In this document: positions 28,246 through 37,738 of the stretch, piece after piece
How positions within the stretch are numbered: position 1 is the first letter of the stretch
How the letters are laid out: every line of letters begins with the position of its first letter
DNA from: a bacterium
Lineage (GTDB): Bacteria; Vulcanimicrobiota; Vulcanimicrobiia; Vulcanimicrobiales; SCRA01
NCBI GenBank assembly: GCA_004298675.1
Contig: SCRI01000086.1
Location: 130,456 to 194,455, forward strand
DNA length: 64,000 bases
Reading direction: 5' to 3'
The notes under the pieces: generated by a model
What the model was told of the DNA's origin: nothing
The model's database searches: none
What the model saw: the letters and a program-made list of their open reading frames with translations, nothing else
Translations under genes and position numbers: made by a program

Positions 28246-28784
28246 GTCGCCACCGATTGTAGCATGTGGCGCAACCCCACCCCGAGCATCTGCGCGCGTG
28301 AAAATGCCTCCACGCGGCGCGCACCGCAGACGCGCTCGTAGAATGCCTCGGGTCCTACCGCACCGATCAGCGCGCGCGTGCAGCGCTGGTTCTTGAGCGA
28401 CTGCAAGGCCAGCAGGCAGAGCAGCGAGCCAAGCCCGCGCTTACGCTCGCTTTCGGCCACGCCCATCGGGCCGAAGATGCCCACGCCGGGCTCGTCCCGC
28501 CACTTGCGCAGCCACGGAAAATCCAGGCGGCAGTCGTACGCCGCAAAGCCCAACTCGTTACCGTCCCAGTCGGTAGCAAACCAGGCGTACCCGGTGGCGA
28601 CTTCCTCCGCCCAGAGGCCGCCAAAGGTGCGCCGCAGCCACGCCTGCTGCGAGGGCGTCGCGCCCTGACGCTCGTGCAGCACGACGCCGCGGTCGAGTGT
28701 GCTCCGGTATAGGTCTGGGGAGACGCGGGACCACAGTTGGTCATCCAGCTCCGCGAGCATGTTGATCAGCGTGGCGCCGCTCAT
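28224..28784 (-). CDS. GNAT family N-acetyltransferase
   Basis: The ATG at 28784 forms an ATGA overlap with the upstream substrate-binding-protein stop. The acetyl-CoA site-like region is ESERKRGLGSLL. The last 7 codons overlap the tRNA-Leu 5' end. Confidence 0.6.
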   Translation of the reverse strand: MSGATLINMLAELDDQLWSRVSPDLYRSTLDRGVVLHERQGATPSQQAWLRRTFGGLWAEEVATGYAWFATDWDGNELGFAAYDCRLDFPWLRKWRDEPGVGIFGPMGVAESERKRGLGSLLCLLALQSLKNQRCTRALIGAVGPEAFYERVCGARRVEAFSRAQMLGVGLRHMLQSVATGKWRNR

Positions 28785-30391
28785 CGCGCCTCCCAACGCC
28801 AGGCGTTCCAGGTGGGCGAGAAGCCGCTGGGAGCGAAATTGCGCAGGCGCTCGCGGTACGCGTAGATGTAGGTGGGATTGAAGAGATAGACGATCGGCAC
28901 GTCGGCGGCGACGATGCGCTGGATGCGTTGGTAGTCGCGCTTGCGCGCCGCCTGGTCGTAGGTGCCGAGCGCGGCCTGCTCCAGACGATCGACGAGCGGG
29001 TTGCAGTAGCGCATGTAGTTCGCAGGCGCGTTACACGTCAGCAGCGTGCTGTCATCGGGGTCGGAGCCCATCGGCCAAACCACGTAGGCGAGATCGAAGT
29101 TTCCCAGCGCCAGCAGTCCGCCCTCGCTCTTTGGAAGGAAGAGCTGCGCGTTCGACACGGATTTGATCCGCATCTCGATGCCCACGGCGTGCAGATCGAG
29201 TTGAATTGCCGCGGCCGCGCGCACGCCGGTGGTGCTCTCGGGGAACTGCACGTACGTGAGCGACAGCTGCCTTCCGTTCTTCGCGCGTATGCCGCTGGGG
29301 CCGCGCCGCCAGCCGGCCTGGTCCAGCAGGTGGTTTGCGGCGGCAGGGTCGTAGGCGGGCAGCTTCGCGCGCGGATCGTAGGCCCAAGAGAGGCGCGGCT
29401 GATCGGTGTCGGTGGCCGGATAGCGCCCCAACGTGATCTTCTTGCTGATGGTGCCGCGATCGATGGCGGCGGCCAACGCGCGGCGCACGCGTACGTCGTC
29501 GAGCGGTGGATGCGAGAGGTTGATCGCTACGCCGGCTACGAGCGCCAGCGGCGCGTAGGCGTAGCGCAAACCGCCGACCCCTGCTAGTGCGGGCTGCTGC
29601 GCCGGCGCGATGAGGTTCCAGTCGCTGGCGCCTGACTGCAGCAGCGTGAGGTTGGTGCCGGGATCGGGGACGATGCGCAGGATCAGCTGCGCGACTTTGG
29701 GCGTGCCACGCCAGTAGCGCGCATTGGCCGCGTAGACCAACCGCTCGCCGCGATGCCACGAGCGTAACACGTAGGGGCCGTCGCACACCGGCGCGGCGTT
29801 GAAGGTGGCGTGGAGCAGCGGGCCTTGGCCGCTTAGGACATGCGCCGGCAGCACGTACTGCGGCACGGCGCCGTACGAGAAGAAGCTTTCGACGGCCGGA
29901 GCCCAGGGCCGGCGCAGATGGAAGACGACGGTGTGCGCGTCGGGTGCCGCGGCGCGCTCCACGAGATCGTAGCCCGCGCGCGAGCGCACGGGGTTGCGCG
30001 GATCCATGAGCGCGTGCAGCGAGAAGAGCACGTCGGCCGAGGTGACGAGAGCGCCGTCTTGCCAGCGCACATTCGGGCGTAAGTGGTAGGTGATGGTGCG
30101 CCCGTCGGGCGAGATGCCGCCGTTGGTGCGCGTGGGGATGCGGCGCAAGAGTTCCGGGATACGCCTACCGCTGGGATCGATATCGATGAACGGCTCGAAA
30201 CACAGACGCGCCACCTCTTGATCCACCGATGCCGCGTCCTGCACCGCGAAGAGTGGGTTGAGGCTGGTGGGATCGGCGGCGAGGTTGAAGCGCACCACAC
30301 TTCCAAGCGTGGGCGGTGCCGCTACCCGGCTGCAGCCGGAGAGCGGCGCGAGCGAGAGCAACGCACAGAGCAGCGGAGCGAATGGGCGCAT
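28781..30391 (-). CDS. ABC transporter substrate-binding lipoprotein, family 5 (peptide/nickel type)
   Basis: 536 aa with lipobox LSGC. The overall DppA/OppA-like pattern includes TYHLRPNVRWQDG. Confidence 0.8.
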   Translation of the reverse strand: MRPFAPLLCALLSLAPLSGCSRVAAPPTLGSVVRFNLAADPTSLNPLFAVQDAASVDQEVARLCFEPFIDIDPSGRRIPELLRRIPTRTNGGISPDGRTITYHLRPNVRWQDGALVTSADVLFSLHALMDPRNPVRSRAGYDLVERAAAPDAHTVVFHLRRPWAPAVESFFSYGAVPQYVLPAHVLSGQGPLLHATFNAAPVCDGPYVLRSWHRGERLVYAANARYWRGTPKVAQLILRIVPDPGTNLTLLQSGASDWNLIAPAQQPALAGVGGLRYAYAPLALVAGVAINLSHPPLDDVRVRRALAAAIDRGTISKKITLGRYPATDTDQPRLSWAYDPRAKLPAYDPAAANHLLDQAGWRRGPSGIRAKNGRQLSLTYVQFPESTTGVRAAAAIQLDLHAVGIEMRIKSVSNAQLFLPKSEGGLLALGNFDLAYVVWPMGSDPDDSTLLTCNAPANYMRYCNPLVDRLEQAALGTYDQAARKRDYQRIQRIVAADVPIVYLFNPTYIYAYRERLRNFAPSGFSPTWNAWRWEAR

Positions 30392-30436
30392 CGCGCCCCC
30401 ATTCGCCTCGCTGCTCGCGTTCTCCGCGCCGTTGCG

Positions 30437-30688
30437 TTAGGCGGTGCGGCGTATGAGCCGGACGATCCAGAGGAGGATCACCGCTCCGATGATGGAGACG
30501 ATGATCGACCACACGAATCCGCCGCCAGCGGCGGCACCAAAGAGCGAGACCACCCAACCACCGATGACGGCGCCGATCATACCGATGATGATGTCGGTGA
30601 TCCAGCCGCCGCCGACGGTAGAGGGAACGATCATGCGCGCAATGGCACCGGCGATCAGGCCGATGATGAGCCAGACGATCAGGTGCAT
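30437..30688 (-). CDS. GlsB/YeaQ/YmgE family stress-response membrane protein
   Basis: 83 aa with three Gly-rich transmembrane helices (IIGLIAGAIA, IIGMIGAVIGGW). Confidence 0.8.
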   Translation of the reverse strand: MHLIVWLIIGLIAGAIARMIVPSTVGGGWITDIIIGMIGAVIGGWVVSLFGAAAGGGFVWSIIVSIIGAVILLWIVRLIRRTA

Positions 30689-30769
30689 CGATGAACTCCT
30701 CTCCTTCGCTTGGCTCCCTTATCTCCGAAGGTGGAAGCGTGCAAACACGCAGCCGGGCGTCTGCTTGGG

Positions 30770-32344
30770 CTAGCGCTTTCTCGCGATCGCTTTGGCCTGC
30801 ACGAAGAGCAGCAGATAGTCGTGGCCGCCGGCCTTCGAGTCCGTGCCGGACATGTTGAAGCCCCCGAACGGATGCACGCCGACCAAAGCGCCCGTGCACT
30901 TGCGATTCAAGTAGAGATTGCCCACGTGGAACTCGCGCGCGGCGCGCTCCAGCTTCGCCGGGTCCCGTGAGAAGAGGCCGCCGGTCAGGCCGTACTTGGT
31001 GCCGTTGGCGATCGTCAGCGCCTCGTCGAAGTCACGGGCCTTGATGAAGGCCACGACCGGTCCGAAGACCTCCTCTTGCGCCAAGGTCTTCTCCGGGGTG
31101 ACGTTTTCCACGATCGTGGGCTCGATGAAGTAGCCGGCGCGATCGGCGGCCTTACCGCCGGCGGCAACGCGTCCGCCCTCCTCCAGCGCGCGTGCGATTG
31201 CGCGTTGGATGCGCTGATGCGCCTTCTCGTTGACGACGGGACCGACGGCCACGTTCGCGCTCTCGACCGGGTCGCCCACCTCCAACTTTGCGATGCGCTC
31301 CAATACCTTGGCTTTGAGCGCGTCGTAGACGGGCTCTTCGATGATAGCGCGCGACGCCGCGGAGCACTTCTGTCCAGAGAATCCGAAGGCTGAGGCCACG
31401 ATGCCGTCGGCGGCGGCGTCGAGATCGGCGTCCGCTGCCACGACGATCGCGTCCTTGCCACCCATCTCGGCGACGACGCGCTTGATCCAGACCTGGCCCT
31501 CGCGCGGCTTGGCCGCGACTTCGTTGATATGCAGCCCTACCGCCATCGAGCCGGTGAACGATACGAAGCGCGTGCGCGGATGCTCCACGAGGCGCTCGCC
31601 GACGTCGGCGCCGCCGGGCAGGAAGTTCACCACGCCTGCCGGGAGCCCCAGCTCGATCAGCAAATCCACGAAGCCCGCGGCGATGATCGTGCTGTCCGGT
31701 GAGGGCTTGAGCACGACGGTGTTGCCGGTGACGATCGCCGCCGTCGTCATGCCCGCCATGATCGCCAGCGGGAAGTTCCACGGCGGTAGGACGGCGCCCA
31801 CGCCCAGCGGCAGATACTCGAGCCAGTTGTCCTCGGGTAACGGGCTCGGCACGATGGATTGGCGGCCGCCCAAGCGCAGCGCTTCGCGCGCGTAGAACTC
31901 GAGGAAGTCGATGGCCTCGGCGGTATCGGCGTCGGCCTCGACCCACGGCTTGCCGACTTCCACGATCATGGAGGCGTTGAAGTCGTCCTTGCGCGCGCGC
32001 ATGGCGGCGGCGGCACGGAAGAGCAGATCCGCGCGCTCCTCCCACGGCACCTTGCTCCAGCTTGCGAAGGCCTTCTCGGCTTCGGCGATGGCGCGATCCG
32101 CCAACTGCGGCGTACCCTCGTAGTACCAGCCGGCGTAGCGGGTGGGCTCGGCAGGCGTCACCGATGGCACCGCGGGCTCGGGCGTGAGGCGCTCGTTGCC
32201 AATGATGATCGGGTAACGGCGCTCGCTCTGCGCGAGGAAACGCTCGATGGCGGCGGCTTGCGCCGCACGCTCGGCGGGGTCACTGAACGTCCGGACGGGT
32301 TCGTTGCGGAACGGCGGGTGCGTCTTCTCGAGCACGGTTGCCAT
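30770..32344 (-). CDS. pruA: L-glutamate gamma-semialdehyde (1-pyrroline-5-carboxylate) dehydrogenase
   Basis: 524 aa aldehyde dehydrogenase. It has FTGS, EMGGKD and FGFSGQKCSAASR (catalytic Cys), with RocA/PruA-like ends. Confidence 0.85.
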   Translation of the reverse strand: MATVLEKTHPPFRNEPVRTFSDPAERAAQAAAIERFLAQSERRYPIIIGNERLTPEPAVPSVTPAEPTRYAGWYYEGTPQLADRAIAEAEKAFASWSKVPWEERADLLFRAAAAMRARKDDFNASMIVEVGKPWVEADADTAEAIDFLEFYAREALRLGGRQSIVPSPLPEDNWLEYLPLGVGAVLPPWNFPLAIMAGMTTAAIVTGNTVVLKPSPDSTIIAAGFVDLLIELGLPAGVVNFLPGGADVGERLVEHPRTRFVSFTGSMAVGLHINEVAAKPREGQVWIKRVVAEMGGKDAIVVAADADLDAAADGIVASAFGFSGQKCSAASRAIIEEPVYDALKAKVLERIAKLEVGDPVESANVAVGPVVNEKAHQRIQRAIARALEEGGRVAAGGKAADRAGYFIEPTIVENVTPEKTLAQEEVFGPVVAFIKARDFDEALTIANGTKYGLTGGLFSRDPAKLERAAREFHVGNLYLNRKCTGALVGVHPFGGFNMSGTDSKAGGHDYLLLFVQAKAIARKR

Positions 32345-32411
32345 GGTGTGGGGATCCTCCTCTTGTCAGCTTCAGGAGTTTTGCGCCGGGAGGACGGCGA
32401 ACCTCCGCGCG

Positions 32412-33458
32412 ATGCACACCAGGCCTACCGACCTGCAGCGTCTGCTCGCGCTCTCCGGCACGCTGATTGTGGAGGAGATCGAGAGCGAGGCGCTGAGGGG
32501 CAATCTCTTGGGCGATCCCCATCGCCGCCCGCTCCCCGTCTACCTTCCTCCCGGCTACGATGCCGAGGGGAGCCGCCGTTATCCCACGCTCTACTGCTTG
32601 CATGGTTTCACCGGGTCTGCGGCGTCGTTGGCGGCGGCGCGCGTGTGGTCGCTCAATCCAATCCAGTGGCTCGATCGGCTGATCGTGGAGGGACGCGTGC
32701 CGCCGGCGATCCTCGTGTTGGTCGACGGGTTGACGCGCTATGGCGGCAGTCAGTATGTGAATAGCGCGCTGAGCGGAAACTATGCGGATTACGTGGTGAA
32801 CGACGTGGTGCCGTACGTGGATGCCGCGTTCCGCACCATCGCGCGGCCGCAGGGCCGTGGGCTCTTCGGCAAGTCCAGCGGCGGCTTCGGCACGCTGCAT
32901 CTGGTGATGGAGTATCCGGGGCGTTTCGCCGCCGCCGCCTCGCAGAGCGGCGACGCCTACTTCCAGTACTGCTACTTGCCGGATTTCGTGAAGGCGCAGC
33001 GCGCGCTCGAGCGCCACGGCGGCTTGGCAGGCTTCGTCGCCGCCTTCGACGCCGAGAAGAAGAAGAGCAATGGATCGGTGGAGGTGATGAACATCGTGGC
33101 CATGGCCGCGGCGTACTCCCCAGCCGCCGCTCCGCGCGATCCGTTCGACATCGAGTTCCCCTTCGATCTGCGGACGGGCCTGCTGCGCGACGACGTCTGG
33201 GCGCGCTGGCTGCGCTTCGATCCGGCCCTGACGTGTGTGGAACGGATCGAGGGCTTCCGTGCGTTGCGAGCGTTGTACGTGGAGTGTGGGCGGCGCGATC
33301 AGTACGCGCTGGACCTGGGAGCGCGCATTCTGGTCGAGCGGCTGCGCGCGCATGGCGTCGAGGTTCAGCACGAAGAGTTCGACGACGACCACATGAGCGT
33401 GCTCTACCGCCACGAGCAGGTCTACCCGGCGCTGCTGGAGAGGTTGGAACGAGAGTGA
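32412..33458 (+). CDS. esterase family protein (putative esterase / esterase D type)
   Basis: The ATG at 32412. Motifs: YPTLYCLHGFTGS and GKSSGGFG (nucleophile elbow GxSxG). Confidence 0.7.
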   Translation: MHTRPTDLQRLLALSGTLIVEEIESEALRGNLLGDPHRRPLPVYLPPGYDAEGSRRYPTLYCLHGFTGSAASLAAARVWSLNPIQWLDRLIVEGRVPPAILVLVDGLTRYGGSQYVNSALSGNYADYVVNDVVPYVDAAFRTIARPQGRGLFGKSSGGFGTLHLVMEYPGRFAAAASQSGDAYFQYCYLPDFVKAQRALERHGGLAGFVAAFDAEKKKSNGSVEVMNIVAMAAAYSPAAAPRDPFDIEFPFDLRTGLLRDDVWARWLRFDPALTCVERIEGFRALRALYVECGRRDQYALDLGARILVERLRAHGVEVQHEEFDDDHMSVLYRHEQVYPALLERLERE

Positions 33459-34012
33459 ACCGGAGATCGCTGCTGACCGCGCTGGGCGTGGGCGCGTTGT
33501 GTACGTTGCCGCAGCTGCCCGCGTGGGCCAGCGAGGCGAAGGAGATCGCCGTCGACGGCTTCACGTTCGTGGTGCCGGACGGCTGGCGTCACGTGAAGGC
33601 CGGCGCGGGCGAGAACTCCGTCACGCATCTGGGATTGTGGGTGCAGGGGAATTACGCCGACCAAGCCTTCATCGCGCTCGACGAAGATCAGGATCCCGGC
33701 AGCACGCTCGCCGCGTTCGCGCAAGTGACGGAAAACGACATGCGCTCGCGGCTCTCCAAGGTCTTCGTGGACACCCGCGACAAGCTGCAGATGCCCAACG
33801 GCATGCCGGCGCTGCGCATGAAAGTGGAGTACTTGGCCGGCGACTCCGACACGCTCTATCAGCAGTACGTCTGGCTGATCTACGACGGCCAGATCGGGAT
33901 CTCGCTGGCCGTCGGCGGGCGCGTGGGACGTATCGATTTGGATCAAGCCACGAAGATCGCCTCGACACTCACCGTGGTATGGCGCGGCGACGGCCCGCCA
34001 CCGCCGCCGTAG
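33455..34012 (+). CDS. hypothetical exported protein
   Basis: The GTG at 33455 overlaps the esterase stop. The N-terminus VNRRSLLTALGVGAL...AWA looks like a Tat/Sec signal. I recognise no family. Confidence 0.45.
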   Translation: MNRRSLLTALGVGALCTLPQLPAWASEAKEIAVDGFTFVVPDGWRHVKAGAGENSVTHLGLWVQGNYADQAFIALDEDQDPGSTLAAFAQVTENDMRSRLSKVFVDTRDKLQMPNGMPALRMKVEYLAGDSDTLYQQYVWLIYDGQIGISLAVGGRVGRIDLDQATKIASTLTVVWRGDGPPPPP

Positions 34013-34032
34013 TAACGTAACGGTCGAGGAAT

Positions 34033-34539
34033 ATGAAGACGTTGGATGACGATCGTGCGCGCTCGTTTCGTGTGCGGCCGGCTCGCGAGGACGATGTCTC
34101 GTTCATTGTGAGGCTGCACGAGCTGGAGCACGTCCAGAAGTTTCTGAAGGCACCGGCGGAGGATGATATCCGTAGGGCATTCGCTAGCGATCGTGTCAAG
34201 CAATTCATCTTGGAGCAGGGTGGAGAGCCCGCGGGACTCATGCTCCTCGATTATTTCGAGGATTGGCTCGTAGAGTTGCGTCGCATTGCCGTCGCGCGCC
34301 CGGGAACGGGTTTGGGGACGTTCGCGATTCGGTGGGCCCTTGATCATGCGTTCAACGAACGCGGGGCGCACCGCGTGTACCTCTCAGTTGCCGCAGCCAA
34401 CGAGCGGGCGCGCGCCCTGTACGGACGCCTGGGCTTCGTGCTCGAAGGCACGTCCCGGCACGGCTTCCGGAACCATGTCAGCTGCGCTTACGAGGACCTG
34501 TGCTCCTATGGCTGCCTGGCGACGGATCGCCGCGACTGA
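34033..34539 (+). CDS. GNAT family N-acetyltransferase (RimJ/RimL-like)
   Basis: 168 aa. Motifs: RRIAVARPGTGLGT (acetyl-CoA motif A) and NERARALYGRLGFVLEG. Confidence 0.75.
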   Translation: MKTLDDDRARSFRVRPAREDDVSFIVRLHELEHVQKFLKAPAEDDIRRAFASDRVKQFILEQGGEPAGLMLLDYFEDWLVELRRIAVARPGTGLGTFAIRWALDHAFNERGAHRVYLSVAAANERARALYGRLGFVLEGTSRHGFRNHVSCAYEDLCSYGCLATDRRD

Positions 34540-34586
34540 TCGTAGGTACGCCTGTCTTTAAGACAGTAGCGTGTTACACTGTAGGC

Positions 34587-34829
34587 ATGGCGGAAACGTT
34601 GACCGTCCGGCTCGACGAGCGTGACCGCGAGGTTCTCGAAGCAGCGGCCCGCCAGCGGGGTATGGGACTGAGTGCCTTCGTGCGCGGCCTTGCCGAAGCA
34701 GAGGCTCGGCGCTTGCGACGCTCCGCGATCCGGGCCCAAGGCGAGAAGGTCGTTTCGTATCTCCTGGAGCACCCGGAGGCGCAGGCCGAGGTGGAGACCT
34801 ACGGCCGGCCCATCGGCGAGCTGCCATGA
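34587..34829 (+). CDS. ribbon-helix-helix (CopG/antitoxin-like) protein
   Basis: 80 aa. TLTVRLDERDREVLEAAARQRGMGLSAFVRGL fits the RHH strand-helix-helix pattern. Confidence 0.55.
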   Translation: MAETLTVRLDERDREVLEAAARQRGMGLSAFVRGLAEAEARRLRRSAIRAQGEKVVSYLLEHPEAQAEVETYGRPIGELP

Positions 34830-35464
34830 GGCGTATGCGTGGACGGCGGATCGTGGCGTGGGTGGTGGTGCTGGCGGCCGCACTCTTGGCGGCTCCGGCA
34901 GCGGCGCCGGCCCAGGGCGACCGGGCCACGCCCGCGGAGGCCGCGTTCGTACAACGCATCGCGGGCGTGTTGCTAGCACGCTACCCGACGGCGGCACAGG
35001 CGGAGAAGGCGGGCTACTTTCGCAGCACCGGCATCGAAGACGACGGCACCGCCGTCTACTTCAACGGCACGTTCACGCGTATCGACGAGCTGCATCCGAA
35101 CTTTCTCTGGTACGACCGCGCGGGCAGGCTCGTGGGATTGGATTACGAGTTCCCGCAGCCGGCGTATGCGCATGCGCCGGTCGCGCGCTTTCCCGTGCAG
35201 GCGCAGCGTTGGACGGTGGTGCGCGAACACGTGCATTTCGCCTACCGCGCCGGCAGTGGTCCGCTCCAACTCCACGGCGCGCGCGCCTATCCGAACTTGC
35301 GCGCGGAGCGCATCACCGCCGCGGCACTCGAAGCCGATCATCTGCTGCCTTCTGGGGTGACGCTGGTGTGGGCGTACCACCATCCCGCGTGCTGGGATCT
35401 GGGCTTCTGGCTGATCCCCAACGCCAACGGCGCCTTCGCCGAGCGCAACCCCGCCGTCAAGTAG
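34826..35464 (+). CDS. hypothetical secreted protein
   Basis: 212 aa with a signal peptide (VVVLAAALLAAPAAAPAQG). The start forms an ATGA overlap with the RHH gene. Confidence 0.5.
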   Translation: MRRMRGRRIVAWVVVLAAALLAAPAAAPAQGDRATPAEAAFVQRIAGVLLARYPTAAQAEKAGYFRSTGIEDDGTAVYFNGTFTRIDELHPNFLWYDRAGRLVGLDYEFPQPAYAHAPVARFPVQAQRWTVVREHVHFAYRAGSGPLQLHGARAYPNLRAERITAAALEADHLLPSGVTLVWAYHHPACWDLGFWLIPNANGAFAERNPAVK

Positions 35465-35542
35465 CGGTTGAGCGGGAGCTCGCACGGGTAACAGATCAGG
35501 GCAGCCCGCAGTTCCCAAGTCTACCGGCGAGGAGGCTTTGCG

Positions 35543-36976
35543 ATGGCGCTCTGGGGTCGTTTGAACAATCGGCTCGTTGTTTCGTGTACGGCGATGCTGC
35601 TGCTCGCCGCCTGCTCGGGTGGAGGCGGGAGGTCCGTCGCGCCGGTCGCACCGGCGAACTTCACGGCTGGCAGCACGCGTCCCACGGCCGCCGCTGCCTC
35701 GCGTTTCCTGACGGCTTCAAGCGGCGCGCCGAACGCCACGCCGATCATCTATCAAGCCAACCCGCCGCGTAGGCTTGCGCTGGCCAGCGAAGGCCCCGCC
35801 GCGTTCCCGTTCACGCCCTCGCAGTGCGTGCAGCAATTTGGTGTGGCGTGCTATGCTCCCGCCCAGATCCGCGCCGGCTACGACGTGCCCGCGGCGTTGG
35901 ACGGCCGTGGGCAGACGATCGTGATCGTCGATGCGTTTGGCAGTCCCACGATCCGGGAGGATCTGCACGCTTTCGACCAGGAGTTCGGTCTGCCCGATCC
36001 CACGCTCAACATCATCTATCCCATGGGCGCGCCGCCGGTCGCCGCGACCAAGTTGGACAAACACCACAGCAACCAGCTAGGTTGGGCCTTCGAGACCAGC
36101 CTCGACGTGGAATGGTCGCACGCGCTGGCGCCGAGCGCGACGATCGACCTCGTGATCGCGCCGAGCAACTTCGGCAACGCGCTCAACGTGGCGCAGGCGT
36201 ACGCCGTCGACAACCATCTCGGCAGCGTCATGTCGTTGAGCTTCGGCAGCGCCGAAGGGATGATCGCCGGCCGCGGCAACAATCTGCAGCTGCAGCAGGC
36301 GGATCGCGTGTACCAGGCCGCGCAAGCCGCCGGCATGACCGTCTTCGCATCCTCTGGCGACAGCGGTGCGGCCAACGGTTTGAGTTTCGCCAACGCGGGC
36401 TTCCCCGCGTCCGATCCGCTGGTCACGGCGGTGGGAGGCACCAATCTCTTCTTGAGCGATGCCGGGACATACCAAAGCGAGAACGTCTGGAATGACGGCG
36501 ACGCGTGTCCGTTCGGCTGCAGCGATGGGGCGTTTGGCGCCACCGGTGGCGCCCCTAGCGTCATCTTTGCCGCGCCGGCATACCAGCAAGCGCTCTCACA
36601 TCTCGCCGCCCGCACGACGTCCGACGTTGCGTACAACGCCTCGGTGTACACCTCCGTACTTGCGTACGTTGGGTTCTTCCCAGCCGGCAGCGGGCAGAAC
36701 GGGTTCTACTTCTTCGGTGGGACGAGCGAGGGCGCGCCGCAATGGGCGGCCATCACGGCGCTGGCGAATCAGTCGGCCGGCCATGCCGTGGGCTTCATCA
36801 ACCCCAAGCTCTACGCGATCGGAGCCAACGCCGGGAAGTATCTCTCCGCGTTTCACGACATCACCGCCGGTGACAACAGGTTCAACGGGCCAGGTTTCCC
36901 GGCCGGTCCGGGCTATGACATCCCGACGGGGCTGGGATCGCCGAACGTGGCGAATCTCGTGGGTCTCTTACACTAG
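35543..36976 (+). CDS. S53 (sedolisin/kumamolisin-like) serine peptidase, lipoprotein
   Basis: 477 aa with lipobox LLAACS. Motifs: ETSLDVEW, SSGDSGA, GGTSEGAPQWAA (Ser nucleophile). Confidence 0.75.
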   Translation: MALWGRLNNRLVVSCTAMLLLAACSGGGGRSVAPVAPANFTAGSTRPTAAAASRFLTASSGAPNATPIIYQANPPRRLALASEGPAAFPFTPSQCVQQFGVACYAPAQIRAGYDVPAALDGRGQTIVIVDAFGSPTIREDLHAFDQEFGLPDPTLNIIYPMGAPPVAATKLDKHHSNQLGWAFETSLDVEWSHALAPSATIDLVIAPSNFGNALNVAQAYAVDNHLGSVMSLSFGSAEGMIAGRGNNLQLQQADRVYQAAQAAGMTVFASSGDSGAANGLSFANAGFPASDPLVTAVGGTNLFLSDAGTYQSENVWNDGDACPFGCSDGAFGATGGAPSVIFAAPAYQQALSHLAARTTSDVAYNASVYTSVLAYVGFFPAGSGQNGFYFFGGTSEGAPQWAAITALANQSAGHAVGFINPKLYAIGANAGKYLSAFHDITAGDNRFNGPGFPAGPGYDIPTGLGSPNVANLVGLLH

Positions 36977-37737
36977 CGCGCCGTGAGGCCGCCGTCGACG
37001 ATCATGGCCGCGCCCACGACCGAGGCCGACTCGCTGGAGGCCAGATAGGCGGCCATCGCCGCGATCTCTTCGGGGGTGACGAAGCGTCCGTGCGGTTGGC
37101 GCGCCTCCATGGTCTGGCGCGCCTGCGCCGGGTCGGCGTAGCCTGCGGTGATGCGTCCGATCCAGGGCGTGTCGACCGTGCCCGGAGCGATGCAGTTGAT
37201 GCGGATCCCTTCGTGCACGTGGTCGATGGCGGCCGCGCGCGTCAGCGCCACCACGCCGCCTTTGGAGGCGCAGTAGGCGGCGCGATCGGGCACGCCCACG
37301 AGCCCCGCGATCGAGGCCGTGTTGATGATCGAGCCGCCGCCGCACGCGCGCATCGCGGCGACGGCGTACTTGACACCGTAGAACGTACCCGAGAGATTGA
37401 CGGCGATGACGCGCTCCCAGTCGCTCTCCGCCGTGTCGCAAACCGTCGCCGCGACGCCCACGCCCGCGTTGTTGACCATCACGTCCAGGCCGCCCCAGCG
37501 CGTCACCGCCGCGCCGACCAGCGCCTCCACCTCGGTGGCGCGCGTGACGTCGACGCGCTGGGCGAAGCACTCGCCGCCTAGCTCCCGCGCCACGCTCTGC
37601 GCCGCGGCTAGGTCGACGTCGCCCACCACCACGCGCGCCCCCTCGGCGGCGAAACGTTGCGCAATGGCGCGGCCGATGCCGGAGGCCGCCCCCGTGACGA
37701 CGGCCCGGCTGCCCTCTAAGCGTCGCATCTCGCTCAT
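36973..37737 (-). CDS. SDR family oxidoreductase
   Basis: 254 aa. Motifs: TGAASGIGRA, NNAG, YCASKGG. Confidence 0.85.
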   Translation of the reverse strand: MSEMRRLEGSRAVVTGAASGIGRAIAQRFAAEGARVVVGDVDLAAAQSVARELGGECFAQRVDVTRATEVEALVGAAVTRWGGLDVMVNNAGVGVAATVCDTAESDWERVIAVNLSGTFYGVKYAVAAMRACGGGSIINTASIAGLVGVPDRAAYCASKGGVVALTRAAAIDHVHEGIRINCIAPGTVDTPWIGRITAGYADPAQARQTMEARQPHGRFVTPEEIAAMAAYLASSESASVVGAAMIVDGGLTAR

Positions 37738-37738
37738 C

